A stretch of 64,000 bases of DNA from positions 416,001-480,000 of the forward strand of contig CBDBOV010000002.1 of NCBI GenBank assembly GCA_965208575.1, in the 5' to 3' direction. Every line of letters begins with the position of its first letter. Positions within the stretch are counted from its first letter, which is position 1. The notes below the pieces were generated by a model that searched no databases, was not told where the DNA came from, and worked only from the letters and a program-made list of their open reading frames with translations. Of the stretch, positions 32,228 through 42,334 are shown one piece after another. The translations under genes and the position numbers were made by a program. Origin of the DNA: Spirochaetia bacterium. Its GTDB lineage: Bacteria > Spirochaetota > Spirochaetia > SZUA-6 > Bin103.

Positions 32228-34684
32228 ATGCAGGGGCCGGCAGGTGTCGCGGCGCAGGTGAACGGGGCCGGGAGGCGGGTGGCGTTGGCGGCGGTGCCGG
32301 TGGCGGCGGCGCTGCTGGTGCTGTTGGCGGCGGTGGGGCGGCCGGCGGAGGTGGCGGTGCCGGCGGGCGGCCCGTCCGACCGGGCCGTGCTGCCGTCGCA
32401 GGGCGAGAACGTGGTGGCGGTGGCCGTGGACTTCGGCGGCGCCGCCGGCGATGGGTTGGAGGCAGCCAACCTGGCGGTGCTGGCGGAGGTGGACGCATTC
32501 CTTCGCGACACCGAGGGGCTGCGCGGATACTCCTCGCCGTTGCGCGCCACGGTGGTGCGCGCGACCGAATTCGACATCGTGGTGCGTCCGTTCGTGCCCG
32601 CGGCGCTGCTGGACAACTACGACGAACGGGTGGCGGCGGAGTTGCGCGGCGCGTACGAACAGTTCCCGGAGATCCATCCCTACTGGAGCGCCGATTTCGG
32701 GACCGCCGCGTTCTACCTGGAGCTGGGTTCGCGGTTGGTGCGGTCGCCGGCGGTGCTGGTCGAGGGCCTCGACGGGCTGCAGCGCAGGCTCGCGGAGCGG
32801 CATGGGGCCGCACTGCACTACACCGGGGTGCGGCCGGTGGCGGAGCTGACCGGGCGGCTGATGGTGCGCGACCTGCGCGCGCTGCTGCCACTGGTGGGCG
32901 CGGCCACGGTGCTGATTCTGCTGCTCACCTTCGGCGGCGCGCGCGGCGTGCTGGTGGCGTTGGCGGCGACGGCGAGCGCGGCGGCGGCCGGCGGCGCCCT
33001 GTTCGTGCTGCTGGCCGGCGCCGGCACTCCGCTGTTGATCCTGGCGCCGGTGTTCGCCGGCGGGTTGTTCACCGACTACGCGATTCACATGGGCTGTCAC
33101 GCCGGCTGGCGCGGCGACGGGTCGGGGCGCGCGGCGCGCGGCTACCTGCGCCTGCCGCTGGCGCTGACCGCGGCTACCACGGTGATCGGGTTCCTGGCCC
33201 TGGGCGGCTTGGGCAGCACCGTGCACCGGTTCGTGGCGGTCACGGTGAGCGCCGGCGCGCTGGCGGCGCTGGCGCTGGCGCTGTGGTGGATACCGGTCGC
33301 GGGGCGCCTGCGCGTGTCCCGCCGGCGCAACGCCGCCGGCTTGCTGGGTCGGCGCATCCACCGCCTGCTGGTGGGCGCGCTGCTGGCACTGTCGCGCCAT
33401 CGCGTGCCGGCGACGGTGCTGTTGGCGCTGCCGGTGGTGGTGGCCGCGCCGCAGATCGGCCGGCTGGCGCCGGAGCCGTATCCCCTGCACCAGCTCCCGG
33501 CGGCGTCCACCATCGTGCAGGCGGAGGGCATCTTCAACCGCGAGTTCGCCGGCACGGTGCCGTTCGCGGTGACGATCGACGCCGGGACGGCGGATGCCTT
33601 CCTGCGCCCGGAGGCAATGCAGCACCTGCGCACCGCGCACCGGATCCTGGGCGAGCTGCCGGCGGTGGGGCACCGGCACTCGCTGCTGACGGTGGTGGAG
33701 CGCATCCACCGCTACTTCGCCGCCGGCGACGCGGCCGCGCGGGAGCTGCCGGCGAGCGATGACCCGGAGCGGTTCGCGCGCATCGTGTCGCAGTACCTGC
33801 TGTTCTACAGCGCGTCGGCGACCCCGGCGGACTACGCGGCGCTGGCCGACGGCAGCCTGTCGGCGGTGCGGGTGCACGGCATCCTGCGCTACCGCGACTT
33901 CGCCACCCTGGGCGAGCTGCAGCGGGCGGTTGAGGCGATCCGGGAGGAGCTGCCGCGGCAGTGGCGCATCGCCATCGCCGGACCGGCGCGCGAGCTGATC
34001 GCGCACGGCGAACGGCTGCGGCGCAACTGGCTGAGCTCCCTGGCGGCGAGCGCCGTGCTGATCTTCGTGACCGTGCTGGCGGTATTCCGCAACCTGCGCG
34101 AGGCGCTGCTCAGCCTGGTCCCGGCGGCGGCGGTGCTGGTCGCGGTCACCGGCCTGGCTCCCGGCTTCGGGGTGCGCATCGACGACTACACGGTGATCGC
34201 CCTGGCCATCACCCTGGGGCTGACGGTGGACTACACCATCCACATGCTGAATGCCCTGCACCACACCGCCGCGCCGTCCGGGAGTCCGGCCCGCGCCGTC
34301 GGCGCGGCGGTCGCCGGCGGGCGTGCCTCGGCCGCTACCGCGGGACTCGCGGCCGCCCCGCAGGCTGCCACCGGACGCGCTGCCACCGGACGCGCTGCCG
34401 CCCGACAACCTGCCGCCGGGCAACCTGCCGCCGGGCAACCTGCCCCCGGGCCGGCGCACGCTAGGGTCGCCGCGGTGGGCCGGGCCGCGGCTGTCGTGCG
34501 CGGCTGCGGCGTGCCGATGTTCATGAGCTTCCTCACCTCGGTGGTGGCGTTCCTGTCCCTGGCGGTGTCTTCGTTTTCCGGCGCGGTACACTTCGGTATA
34601 ATGATCGCCGCAGCCATCCTGGGAGCTCTGCTGTTGAGTTTGCTGATTGCCGGATGGCAACTCGCCCGCATGGAGGTTGCATGA
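32228..34684 (+). CDS. MMPL/RND family transporter
   Basis: Two TM blocks with periplasmic domains; TDYAIH and GLTVDYTIH motifs. Confidence 0.88.
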   Translation: MQGPAGVAAQVNGAGRRVALAAVPVAAALLVLLAAVGRPAEVAVPAGGPSDRAVLPSQGENVVAVAVDFGGAAGDGLEAANLAVLAEVDAFLRDTEGLRGYSSPLRATVVRATEFDIVVRPFVPAALLDNYDERVAAELRGAYEQFPEIHPYWSADFGTAAFYLELGSRLVRSPAVLVEGLDGLQRRLAERHGAALHYTGVRPVAELTGRLMVRDLRALLPLVGAATVLILLLTFGGARGVLVALAATASAAAAGGALFVLLAGAGTPLLILAPVFAGGLFTDYAIHMGCHAGWRGDGSGRAARGYLRLPLALTAATTVIGFLALGGLGSTVHRFVAVTVSAGALAALALALWWIPVAGRLRVSRRRNAAGLLGRRIHRLLVGALLALSRHRVPATVLLALPVVVAAPQIGRLAPEPYPLHQLPAASTIVQAEGIFNREFAGTVPFAVTIDAGTADAFLRPEAMQHLRTAHRILGELPAVGHRHSLLTVVERIHRYFAAGDAAARELPASDDPERFARIVSQYLLFYSASATPADYAALADGSLSAVRVHGILRYRDFATLGELQRAVEAIREELPRQWRIAIAGPARELIAHGERLRRNWLSSLAASAVLIFVTVLAVFRNLREALLSLVPAAAVLVAVTGLAPGFGVRIDDYTVIALAITLGLTVDYTIHMLNALHHTAAPSGSPARAVGAAVAGGRASAATAGLAAAPQAATGRAATGRAAARQPAAGQPAAGQPAPGPAHARVAAVGRAAAVVRGCGVPMFMSFLTSVVAFLSLAVSSFSGAVHFGIMIAAAILGALLLSLLIAGWQLARMEVA
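34364..34453 (+). repeat. 15-bp degenerate tandem repeat (6 units) within MMPL gene
   Basis: gctgccaccggacgc x2, gctgccgcccgacaa, cctgccgccgggcaa x2, cctgcccccgggccg. Confidence 0.8.
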
Positions 34685-35451
34685 TCCTCGTTACCGCGGC
34701 GCTGCTGGCCGCATTGGCGGCGGCGTCCCCGCTGGCGGCCCAGGACGCAGCCGAGGTCACCGCCCGCGCCGACGAACGCGGCGCGCCCGACAACATCAGC
34801 GCCACCATCAGCCTGACCATCACCGCCCCCAGCGGCGACCAGCGCGTGATCCGCGCCGACTCCTACCAGAAGCAGCGCAGCGCGGAGCGCGAGGACCGGC
34901 TGTTCGTGTTCACCTTCCCGCCCAACGTGCGCGGCATGGCGATGCTGGTGCACTCCTATATGGAGCAGGGCGACGACAGCATGTGGATCTACCTGCCCGA
35001 CATGGACCGCGTCAAGCGCGTCGATCTCGGCTCATCTGGGGGCGGCTACTTTCTGGGCAGCGATTTCACCTTCCGCGACCTGGTGAGCCGCGACCAGGCC
35101 GAGTACGAGCACGAGCTGTTGCTGTCCGACGATGACGCCTACCACGTCGTGCAGGTGCGCGGGCGTACCCCGGAGTTGCGCCGCTCGTTCGGTTATGCGC
35201 GCGAGGAGCACTTCATCCGCAAGGACAACTTCATGCGCGAGCGGATCGTGTTCTACGACCTGGCCGGCGACCTGCTGAAGGAGCTGATCGTTGACCAGGA
35301 GCACGAGGCGGACGGCTGGGCGTTCCCGTCGCGGGTGCGGATGCTGAACCACCAGACCGGGCACGTGTCGGAGATCGTGTTCGAGGATCTGTCGTTCTCC
35401 AGCCAGATCCCGGACCGCTACTTTACCCAGCGCTACCTGAGGCGGAGGTAA
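34681..35451 (+). CDS. Outer-membrane lipoprotein-sorting (LolA-like) protein
   Basis: Signal peptide; F..P..V.G...L; W.YLP...RV.R; F.GSDFT..D; FT.RYL. Confidence 0.85.
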   Translation: MILVTAALLAALAAASPLAAQDAAEVTARADERGAPDNISATISLTITAPSGDQRVIRADSYQKQRSAEREDRLFVFTFPPNVRGMAMLVHSYMEQGDDSMWIYLPDMDRVKRVDLGSSGGGYFLGSDFTFRDLVSRDQAEYEHELLLSDDDAYHVVQVRGRTPELRRSFGYAREEHFIRKDNFMRERIVFYDLAGDLLKELIVDQEHEADGWAFPSRVRMLNHQTGHVSEIVFEDLSFSSQIPDRYFTQRYLRRR

Positions 35452-35457
35452 GCGGCG

Positions 35458-36843
35458 GTGAGGCTGGTCGATGCGCGCCTTGCGGCCATGCTTGCCCTGG
35501 TGGCGGCGGCGCTCCCGGTCGCGGTGGCCCAGGAGGTGGGGGTGGGCGGGTTCGTGCGGCTCGACCACTACGGCGGCATCGCGGAGGAGCGGTTCTACAG
35601 CAACGACCGGGTGCGGCTGACCGCCGTGAGCCAGTTCCAGGCGGAGGACGAGGCGGGCTTCTGGTCGGCGTTCCTGGAGCTGGTCGCCCACGTGCAGTAC
35701 GACGAGGCGGGATTCTCGGTAGCCCCCGGCGCGCTGACTGCACGCGACATCGACAACCTGATCCGGCAGGCGTACGGCACGTTCCGGTTCGACGCCTTCG
35801 ACGTCGAGGTGGGCAAGAAGTTCGTGCGCTGGGGCAAGACGGACTTCCTGAGCCCGCTGGACGTGGTCAACCACTTCAACACCGAGGTGCCGGCGCTGGT
35901 CGACGTGTTCGAAGGCCCGCTCGCCGACCCGCTGCTGCACCTCACCGTCTACCCCACCGACGAACTGGCACTCGAGCTGGTGTACGTGCCGTTCCTGGCG
36001 CCCTACGTGATCGCCGTCGACGAGTTGGACTTCGACTTCCAGGTCGGCCTGCTGGACGTCGACATGGAGTTCCGCCACCCGGAGGTGAAGCCGTTCTCGG
36101 AGCTCGCCCACTCGGTGCACGGCGCGATCTCCTACTCTACCTTCGTGGCCGATCTACAACTGAGCTACTCCTGGTTCCGCGACCAGATTCCCGACATCGA
36201 CCTGAGTGATCTGGAAGAGCGCAGCGGCGACCTGTACGAAATCGACGGTATGATCGTGCCCGCCTACGGGCGCGCCCACAACATCGGGCTCGGCGCCAGC
36301 GTGGGGCTCGACGGCTGGGTGATCTCGGCGGACGTCGGCGCCAAGTTCCTTCAGGACAACCTGGACGGCTCGCACATCGGGGTCAAGAACCCGGAGATCC
36401 GCACCGTGCTGCAGGTGGACCACCCGTTCGCGATCGGCGAGCAGCAACTGTTCGCCACCGCCGGAGCGATCCACCGGCTGGTGCTGTTCGACGAGGATGC
36501 CTGGAACTCCGAGTTCAGCCCGTTCCTGGAGTCGATCATCGGCAGGTTGCACGACCGCGAACTGTTCCAGGACGAGCCGTCGCACTGGTACCTGATCGCC
36601 CGCCTGCAGACCAGCTTCCTGCGCGAGCAGCTCAGCGTGGAGACCACGGGGGCGTGGGGCGTCAGCGAGGTCGCCCTGCACCTGGCGCCGCGGGCAAGCT
36701 ACGCGATATCGGATACGTGGTCGGTGGCCGCCGGCGCCAACCTGTGGTTCACGCTCGACGGCCCCGACAGCACCAAGGTGGGCCTGCTGCGCCGGGACGA
36801 CGCCAAGGACAACGTGTTCATCCAGACCACGCTCCGCTACTGA
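35458..36843 (+). CDS. Outer-membrane beta-barrel (DUF1302-like)
   Basis: Signal peptide; GKKFVRWG.TD..SP.DV.N; ends D.V......Y. Confidence 0.7.
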   Translation: MRLVDARLAAMLALVAAALPVAVAQEVGVGGFVRLDHYGGIAEERFYSNDRVRLTAVSQFQAEDEAGFWSAFLELVAHVQYDEAGFSVAPGALTARDIDNLIRQAYGTFRFDAFDVEVGKKFVRWGKTDFLSPLDVVNHFNTEVPALVDVFEGPLADPLLHLTVYPTDELALELVYVPFLAPYVIAVDELDFDFQVGLLDVDMEFRHPEVKPFSELAHSVHGAISYSTFVADLQLSYSWFRDQIPDIDLSDLEERSGDLYEIDGMIVPAYGRAHNIGLGASVGLDGWVISADVGAKFLQDNLDGSHIGVKNPEIRTVLQVDHPFAIGEQQLFATAGAIHRLVLFDEDAWNSEFSPFLESIIGRLHDRELFQDEPSHWYLIARLQTSFLREQLSVETTGAWGVSEVALHLAPRASYAISDTWSVAAGANLWFTLDGPDSTKVGLLRRDDAKDNVFIQTTLRY

Positions 36844-36865
36844 CCCTCCCCGGCGTGCTGAGTCC

Positions 36866-37411
36866 TTAGTTGCTCGCCATCCCCTTGGTGAGCGTGAGGC
36901 TGGGCATATCCGGCTTGGCGACGCCCAGGACCGCAAGAAGGGCGTGGGTTATCGTTAGGGAGTTGCCGTCGAGTGCGTACCCGATGGTCTGCTCCTGATT
37001 GAGTAGGGCGGTCGCCTCAGGGGGAACCGTAGGACCGACGATCTGCGTGAGCGTGACCATCAATTTAGAACTGCTCGCGTCATTGATGCTACCGCTCCCC
37101 GTAGTCTGCGCCGACGTCGGCATCATTGTGGTTGGATCCACAGGGCCGGGTGTCGTTACCACAAGCGAGAACGTGCCCTTATTCACTCCCTCACCGTCCA
37201 CGATAGCCACCGTCACTTGGGCATCTATCTGAATTGTGGGCATGGTTGGTTGCGTCGCTGGGTCTGGATTCGGTACCGTCGCCTTCGTGGTGACGGTCCA
37301 GGTTCCTTCCAGTTTCTTCGCGTAGTCCGTTTTCATCGGGGTTTCGCAGCCCGACAGTAGTACCAGCGTCGCGACCGCCGCGACGCCCATGATTGAAGCG
37401 AATCTTGTCAT
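36866..37411 (-). CDS. Lipoprotein of unknown function
   Basis: GGAGG SD; lipobox LLSGC; L.GTW; lower GC than neighbours. Confidence 0.75.
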   Translation of the reverse strand: MTRFASIMGVAAVATLVLLSGCETPMKTDYAKKLEGTWTVTTKATVPNPDPATQPTMPTIQIDAQVTVAIVDGEGVNKGTFSLVVTTPGPVDPTTMMPTSAQTTGSGSINDASSSKLMVTLTQIVGPTVPPEATALLNQEQTIGYALDGNSLTITHALLAVLGVAKPDMPSLTLTKGMASN

Positions 37412-37540
37412 TGCGCTTCCTCCTCCCAGTGCCCGTTTGGGCAAGTAATCGAGGACAGGATGTCAGATAACTCTCAACGGTGCAACATCCCGTCCGCAGG
37501 CTCGCCCGGTGGGTTCGCGGGTTCCCGATTAGCCGATCCA

Positions 37541-38230
37541 ATGGCGCGCTCGGACGCGGCCGGCGGGGCGGGGGTGGCGCGACCTCACCGGCAAGCTGGT
37601 GTTCCCGGGCCCGGTAGCGTTGTGCCGCGCCGATGCGCCGGGAGCCTGGCGAGGCGGCCTGCCGGCGACCACCGTGGCCGTGCCGGTGGCGAGCCTCGGG
37701 CCGCCGGCGGGGCAGCCGCCGCCGGTGGACGCGGTGCCGGTGCCGCTGCTGCGGGGCGTGGCGGCGGAGCTGGAGGTGGTGCCGGATGCGGTGTTCGGGC
37801 GCGGTTGCGCGGCGTTCGCGGTCGACGACCGCATCCTGGGCGAAGCGGGCTTCGACGGCGACCTGGTGCGGGTGACCGGCCACTGCGGGGCGACGCTGGT
37901 GGTGCTGAGCGACGATGCGCGCACCATGGAGCGCAGCGTCGGGGGGTTGCCGCTGCCGCTGGACGGCGGCCGGGTGGTGCTGGCCCCGTCCAACGAGGCG
38001 GGCATGCGGGCGGCGCTGGAAGTGGCGTTGCGCAGCGGCGAGCCGGGCAGCGGCAGCGCGGTCGCGGCACCGGCGCACCTGCTGCTCGCCGAGCCGCAGG
38101 CCGCGGCGGAGTGGTGGCCGGCGGTGCGCGCCGGGACGATACGCATGGTGAGCGTGGAGGCCGATGACGGCGCCGCGGACGGTCCAGCTCCTGGCATACC
38201 TGTGGCGGGCCGAAGTGGCGGCCGGCAACA
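37541..38230 (+). pseudogene. Frameshifted partial duplicate of 40503-41190
   Basis: Near-identical DNA from atggcgcgctcggacgcg to gccggcaaca; extra G near 37571 and an indel near 38180. Confidence 0.9.
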
Positions 38231-38362
38231 CCTCGGGGCTGTGGAGGTTTGACGATATAGGTACGGGTGCGCGAAGCGGCGGAGATTGCTAAATGGCCGA
38301 AGGAGACTCACGATGAAACGGCATAGATGGGTTTACGCCACACAGAGTGAAGGAGTTACGGC

Positions 38363-38611
38363 ATGAGTGAGAAGAAATCCGTGATACGGAGGCAGGCAGC
38401 GCGGCGAGATGAACGGCCTGCGGAGACAGAATTGAAGAACGCTACATTCGAGTGGGACAGGCACGAGAGGTGTGTCAAGATACGTGCTAGCTTCGTTCCT
38501 GACTTCAATACACCGTCAAAGCACAATTACACCGTGACGATACCATGGCACGAATGCAAGCGGATATTGGGTGCGTTTGCCGATGCCATGGTGAGCACCG
38601 ACGAGGGGTAG
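38363..38611 (+). CDS. Hypothetical protein
   Basis: AAGGAG SD; 82 aa; low-GC island. Confidence 0.55.
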   Translation: MSEKKSVIRRQAARRDERPAETELKNATFEWDRHERCVKIRASFVPDFNTPSKHNYTVTIPWHECKRILGAFADAMVSTDEG

Positions 38612-38731
38612 CTTGACACGGTAGCACCCCTTTGTTCGGGCCGATAGTTGCGAAGATTGATCCACGAGGCGTAACTCTTGGGTAAAGTACCATTCTCTAA
38701 CCACGCCCGTTCAAGGCCGTCAAGGGATGTT

Positions 38732-38986
38732 TCAGGATCTGGGCGCCTGCGAGGGCAACAGATAACGATCCTGCTCCGCGTCCACGGCAGCTGCGGTCCC
38801 GATCACCTCCGACCGCGCAGCGCGCGGAACAAAGATCCGCACCACGCGGTGCTTAGATACATCTTCGAGTTTCCTGCCGTCGAGATAGAACTCAAACACG
38901 TCGCCCTGCTCCACCATGCGATCTACGTGTACCTCGACTGGGGTGTTCGCGGTTGAACCGCGCCAAATTCTGAAAGGCTGCATCAT
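38732..38986 (-). CDS. Hypothetical protein
   Basis: 84-aa ORF with natural-looking composition. Confidence 0.4.
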   Translation of the reverse strand: MMQPFRIWRGSTANTPVEVHVDRMVEQGDVFEFYLDGRKLEDVSKHRVVRIFVPRAARSEVIGTAAAVDAEQDRYLLPSQAPRS

Positions 38987-39108
38987 GTCTTGGAATCTAT
39001 CGGAGCAGCCATCTTGCAGTCAAACGCTTGCAAGCCCCCGACACGGGGTGCCAAGGGGTTGTGGATAACCGTCTCAATTCCTTTACAAACAAAGGATAAA
39101 CTATCCTA

Positions 39109-39136
39109 TTGACATGGCTTCGCGCGCCACTATAGT
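39109..39136 (+). promoter_or_regulatory. Sigma70-type promoter TTGACA-N16-TATAGT
   Basis: Perfect -35 and near-consensus -10 upstream of 39224. Confidence 0.65.
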
Positions 39137-39223
39137 AGAGCTATTCCTCTTACGTCCTGACGCATCGCAGGCTCCCCTCGCCAATCAAGGGTTTGATATG
39201 CCCAGCGCGCGAGGGGAAATATC

Positions 39224-39514
39224 ATGAACGGGCAGAACACCGACCGATGCGGATGGGACGATTATACCGTAGAAGACATTGAGGAGTTTACGGCACATCA
39301 GCGGGCCGTGCATCATCTCATCGACCATCACAAGGAATTGCTCGACCGGTATCCCGACCAGTGGGTTGGCGTCTGGGTCAGCGAGGACGGCGTACCACTT
39401 TTCGTGAACGGCGATAGCGTCGAAGACATCGTGCGAAAGGCTCATGACCGGGAATTGCCGCTCAAGCGCTCATATATTCGATTTATGGATACGCGACCTC
39501 GGACTGTCCCTTGA
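39224..39514 (+). CDS. DUF5678-like small protein
   Basis: ELL.RYP.QWV.V......GDS.E; overlaps an aspartyl protease start. Confidence 0.6.
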   Translation: MNGQNTDRCGWDDYTVEDIEEFTAHQRAVHHLIDHHKELLDRYPDQWVGVWVSEDGVPLFVNGDSVEDIVRKAHDRELPLKRSYIRFMDTRPRTVP

Positions 39515-39726
39515 TCAGCGGACGTTTCGACGACGAAGACCGTCCTGTTGTGGCCGGATCGGTTGGACTGGACTGGTTCGATGTATCAGGACCGGTCACC
39601 TTTCTAGTTGATACCGGCTCCACCGGCGAAGGGACGTGCTGGCAATCTCCAGGTGAATCGGCCGCAAGTTCGCCGGCTTCACGAGTGGTATACCGTGCTG
39701 GCCAGCTTCGTCGGCAGCAGGATTGA
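39511..39726 (+). pseudogene. Truncated retropepsin-like aspartyl protease
   Basis: MISG.F....P.V...FLVDTGST, then similarity is lost. Confidence 0.65.
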
Positions 39727-39937
39727 CTGAGGCTCTGGGCTGGCTGACTCTTCCATTCAGGAACACGAGCTACTCCCGACCGACAGGATGGCAGCCACAC
39801 GCCCGTTGGCAGGCGAGGGCCAGTGGGCTGGAGTGGGCTGCGCTTGCGTTGTCGCCCTCCCGGTTACGGTGTACCGTAGCTGGTGACTGCTGCGATGGTG
39901 GCGATGGAATCCCAAGGAGGTACTGGCGGACTACAAG

Positions 39938-40171
39938 GTGCCGCTTCTCATGACGCCGCAACCTGAGGGCCGCTACACGGTCACCTCCCCCGTGCTGCCG
40001 GAGTTGATCACCGCGGGCGACTCCATTCGCGATGCGATGGAGTACGTGACCGACGCCCTGGCCGCGGTGGTCGAACTCTACGAAGAACTTGGACGCCCGT
40101 TGCCACAAAGCACGCAGCTATCAGTCACAGGCGACCCGGTGTGGTTTGAGACCGTCATTTCCACCGCGTGA
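39938..40171 (+). CDS. hicB: HicB family antitoxin (start may be CTG 39923 after AAGGAGG)
   Basis: PQPEG.YTVTSP.LPELIT.GD...A.....DA......Y...GRPLP. Confidence 0.8.
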   Translation: MPLLMTPQPEGRYTVTSPVLPELITAGDSIRDAMEYVTDALAAVVELYEELGRPLPQSTQLSVTGDPVWFETVISTA

Positions 40172-40350
40172 CCTATCGAGAGGTCGCGCGGAGGCTAACG
40201 CAGCTCGGGTGCCATGAACGCGAGCGACGGGGACGTGGATCCCACCGCAAGTGGTACAACCCGATTCCCAGCGAGCCACGGTGCTTCCCGACCGGGGTAG
40301 CCGCGACCTGAAGCTGGGCACGGTTCGCGCCGCGATCCGACAGTTGGTTG
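40168..40350 (+). pseudogene. hicA: HicA toxin, frameshifted
   Basis: MTYREVARRL..LGC.E..RGRGSHRKWYNP, then one base missing near 40262; continuation DSQRATVLPD.GSRDLKLGTVRAAIRQL is in another frame. Confidence 0.82.
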
Positions 40351-40406
40351 TGATTCGACGCACCGGAGGAAGCCGGCTATCGTGTCGCCGGATGTGACAA
40401 GAAGCG

Positions 40407-41495
40407 GTGGGGGATACGCTGTATCAGGGGCTGTTGGTGCATGCCGACGGGCGGTTCGTAGCCGACCTGGAGATGGGCGGTGGCGTGGTGCGGGCGTTGC
40501 GCATGGCGCGCTCGGACGCGGCCGGCGGGGCGGGGTGGCGCGACCTCACCGGCAAGCTGGTGTTCCCGGGCCCGGTCGTGTTGAGCCGCTCCAATGCGCC
40601 GCGCGACTGGCGCGGCGGCCCGCCGGCCACCACCGTCGCCGTGCCGGTGGCGAGCCTCGGGCCGCCGGCGGGGCAGCCGCCGCCGGTGGATGCGGTGCCC
40701 GTTCCGCTGCTGCGGGGCGTGGCGGCAGAGCTGGAGGTGGTGCCGGATGCGGTGTTCGGGCGCGGCTGCGCGGCGTTCGCGGTCGACGACCGCATCCTGG
40801 GCGAAGCGGGCTTCGACGGCGACCTGGTGCGGGTGACCGGCCACTGCGGGGCGACGCTGGTGGTGCTGAGCGACGATGCGCGCACCATGGAGCGCAGCGT
40901 CGGCGGGCTGCCGCTGCCGCTGGACGGCGGCCGGGTGGTGCTGGCCCCGTCCAACGAAGCCGGCATGCGGGCGGCGCTGGAAGTGGCGCTGCGCAGCGGC
41001 GAGCCGGGCAGCGGTATCGCGGTGGCGGCGCCGACGCACCTGCTGCTCGCTGAGCCGAAGGCCGCGGCGGAGTGGTGGCCGGCGGTGCGCGCCGGGACGA
41101 TTCGCATGGTGAGCATCAAGGCCGGTGAGCAAACGGCGCACCGCCAACTCCTGGCATACCTGTGGCGGGCCGGAGTGGCGGCCGGCAACATCGCGCTCGA
41201 GGAGTTGGCGGCGCTGCTGTGCTGGCAGCCGGCGCGGCTGCTGGGCCTGCCGGCGAAGGGCCGCTTGCACCCCGGCTGCGACGCCGACTTGGCGGTGCTC
41301 GACCCGGAGCCGCCGGCACCCGGCAGCGGCGATGAAGGGGAGCGCGGATCAGGGCAGGCCGATGACGGCGGGATGGCGGCGGACGATGCCGAAGCAGTTC
41401 GCGGGGCCGTGGTGTGCATGCTGCGCGGCGGCGACGACGGGGCTGAAAAGGCGGGCCGCTGGATCCGCGCGACCCCGGTACGCGAGCCGCTGTAA
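40407..41495 (+). CDS. Divergent amidohydrolase-like (dihydroorotase/hydantoinase-type) protein lacking the HxH motif
   Basis: DLTGKLVFPG at N-terminus and PARLLGL..KGRL.PG.DADL.V.DP at C-terminus; no IDxHxH. Confidence 0.65.
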   Translation: MGDTLYQGLLVHADGRFVADLEMGGGVVRALRMARSDAAGGAGWRDLTGKLVFPGPVVLSRSNAPRDWRGGPPATTVAVPVASLGPPAGQPPPVDAVPVPLLRGVAAELEVVPDAVFGRGCAAFAVDDRILGEAGFDGDLVRVTGHCGATLVVLSDDARTMERSVGGLPLPLDGGRVVLAPSNEAGMRAALEVALRSGEPGSGIAVAAPTHLLLAEPKAAAEWWPAVRAGTIRMVSIKAGEQTAHRQLLAYLWRAGVAAGNIALEELAALLCWQPARLLGLPAKGRLHPGCDADLAVLDPEPPAPGSGDEGERGSGQADDGGMAADDAEAVRGAVVCMLRGGDDGAEKAGRWIRATPVREPL

Positions 41496-41800
41496 CGTCG
41501 GCGCCGAGGTGCGGTTCCGGGGTTCCGCGCCGGGTTGCGGCGGCGGAGTCGCGGGTATCGGCGTGGCGGGCCGGTGGCGTTCGCCGTCCGAATTCGGGGG
41601 TTGCGCATGGACGGCGCGGCAGGAGTCAGGCGCTCGTGGGTTCGCGACGCGGCTCGCGCATGCGTCGGTGGGAGGCGAAGAGGAGGCGGGGGCCGCCAAC
41701 GGGGTGAACATGACGCACCGGATCGCGCGGCGCCGGCGCCGGTTGGGGCCGCTGGAAGGCGGTGGAGCCGGGAGCTTCGAGCTCCGGCGCGGGTGTTGCT

Positions 41801-42259
41801 CTACTTGCCCTGCGCCATGCGGCGCTTGAGGGCGGCGAGTTCGGCGTCGGCGCGCTGCTCGGCGCCGAGGCGGTCGAGGTCGTCCTTGAGGGTATCGGGC
41901 TCGCCGGTAAGGGACTGGAGCTGCGCCAGGAGGGCCTCGGCGTCGGCGTTGACCACCGGGCCGTGCTGCATGCTCTTCAGGTGGCGCTTCATCACGGCGA
42001 CCTGGGCGGTCAACTCCGCCTCCTCCGACGCCACCCGGCCGAGGCCGTCCTGGATGCGCTGCATTTCGTTGCGGGCCGCGGTGCGCAGCGTTTCGTTGCC
42101 GGCATCCGTGGCCTGCTTGATGCGTTCCTCCCAGGTCTTCAGCGACACCTCCAGGCGCTGGCGCTTCTTGGCCGTGAGGCGCAGCGCGGTGATGTAGCCG
42201 AGCACGTACTCGCGGGCCGCGGCCGGATCGAGACCGGTGAGGTCGGTTTCGTTTTCCAT
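41801..42259 (-). CDS. Coiled-coil PspA/IM30-like protein
   Basis: Heptad-rich; W.ER...A...G...L...A; ends ELAALKRRM; GAGG SD. Confidence 0.6.
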   Translation of the reverse strand: MENETDLTGLDPAAAREYVLGYITALRLTAKKRQRLEVSLKTWEERIKQATDAGNETLRTAARNEMQRIQDGLGRVASEEAELTAQVAVMKRHLKSMQHGPVVNADAEALLAQLQSLTGEPDTLKDDLDRLGAEQRADAELAALKRRMAQGK

Positions 42260-42334
42260 GCCTCGATTGTAGGAGGGCAGGCACCTTTTGGGTACCGTGT
42301 TACCGTGGGCGCCGAAGTGCGGGCTGGGCGGGCA

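Noticed and set aside
17897-34453. Tandem repeats (17897-18066, 34364-34453) as CRISPR arrays
   Set aside because: In-frame coding repeats without unique spacers; no cas genes
39060-39068. Perfect DnaA box (TGTGGATAA) in an AT-rich stretch as a replication origin
   Set aside because: Single box with no cluster and no dnaA or rep gene; at most a regulatory site
37541-41190. Duplicate pair as DGR template/variable repeats
   Set aside because: Differences are not adenine-restricted, include indels, and no RT is nearby
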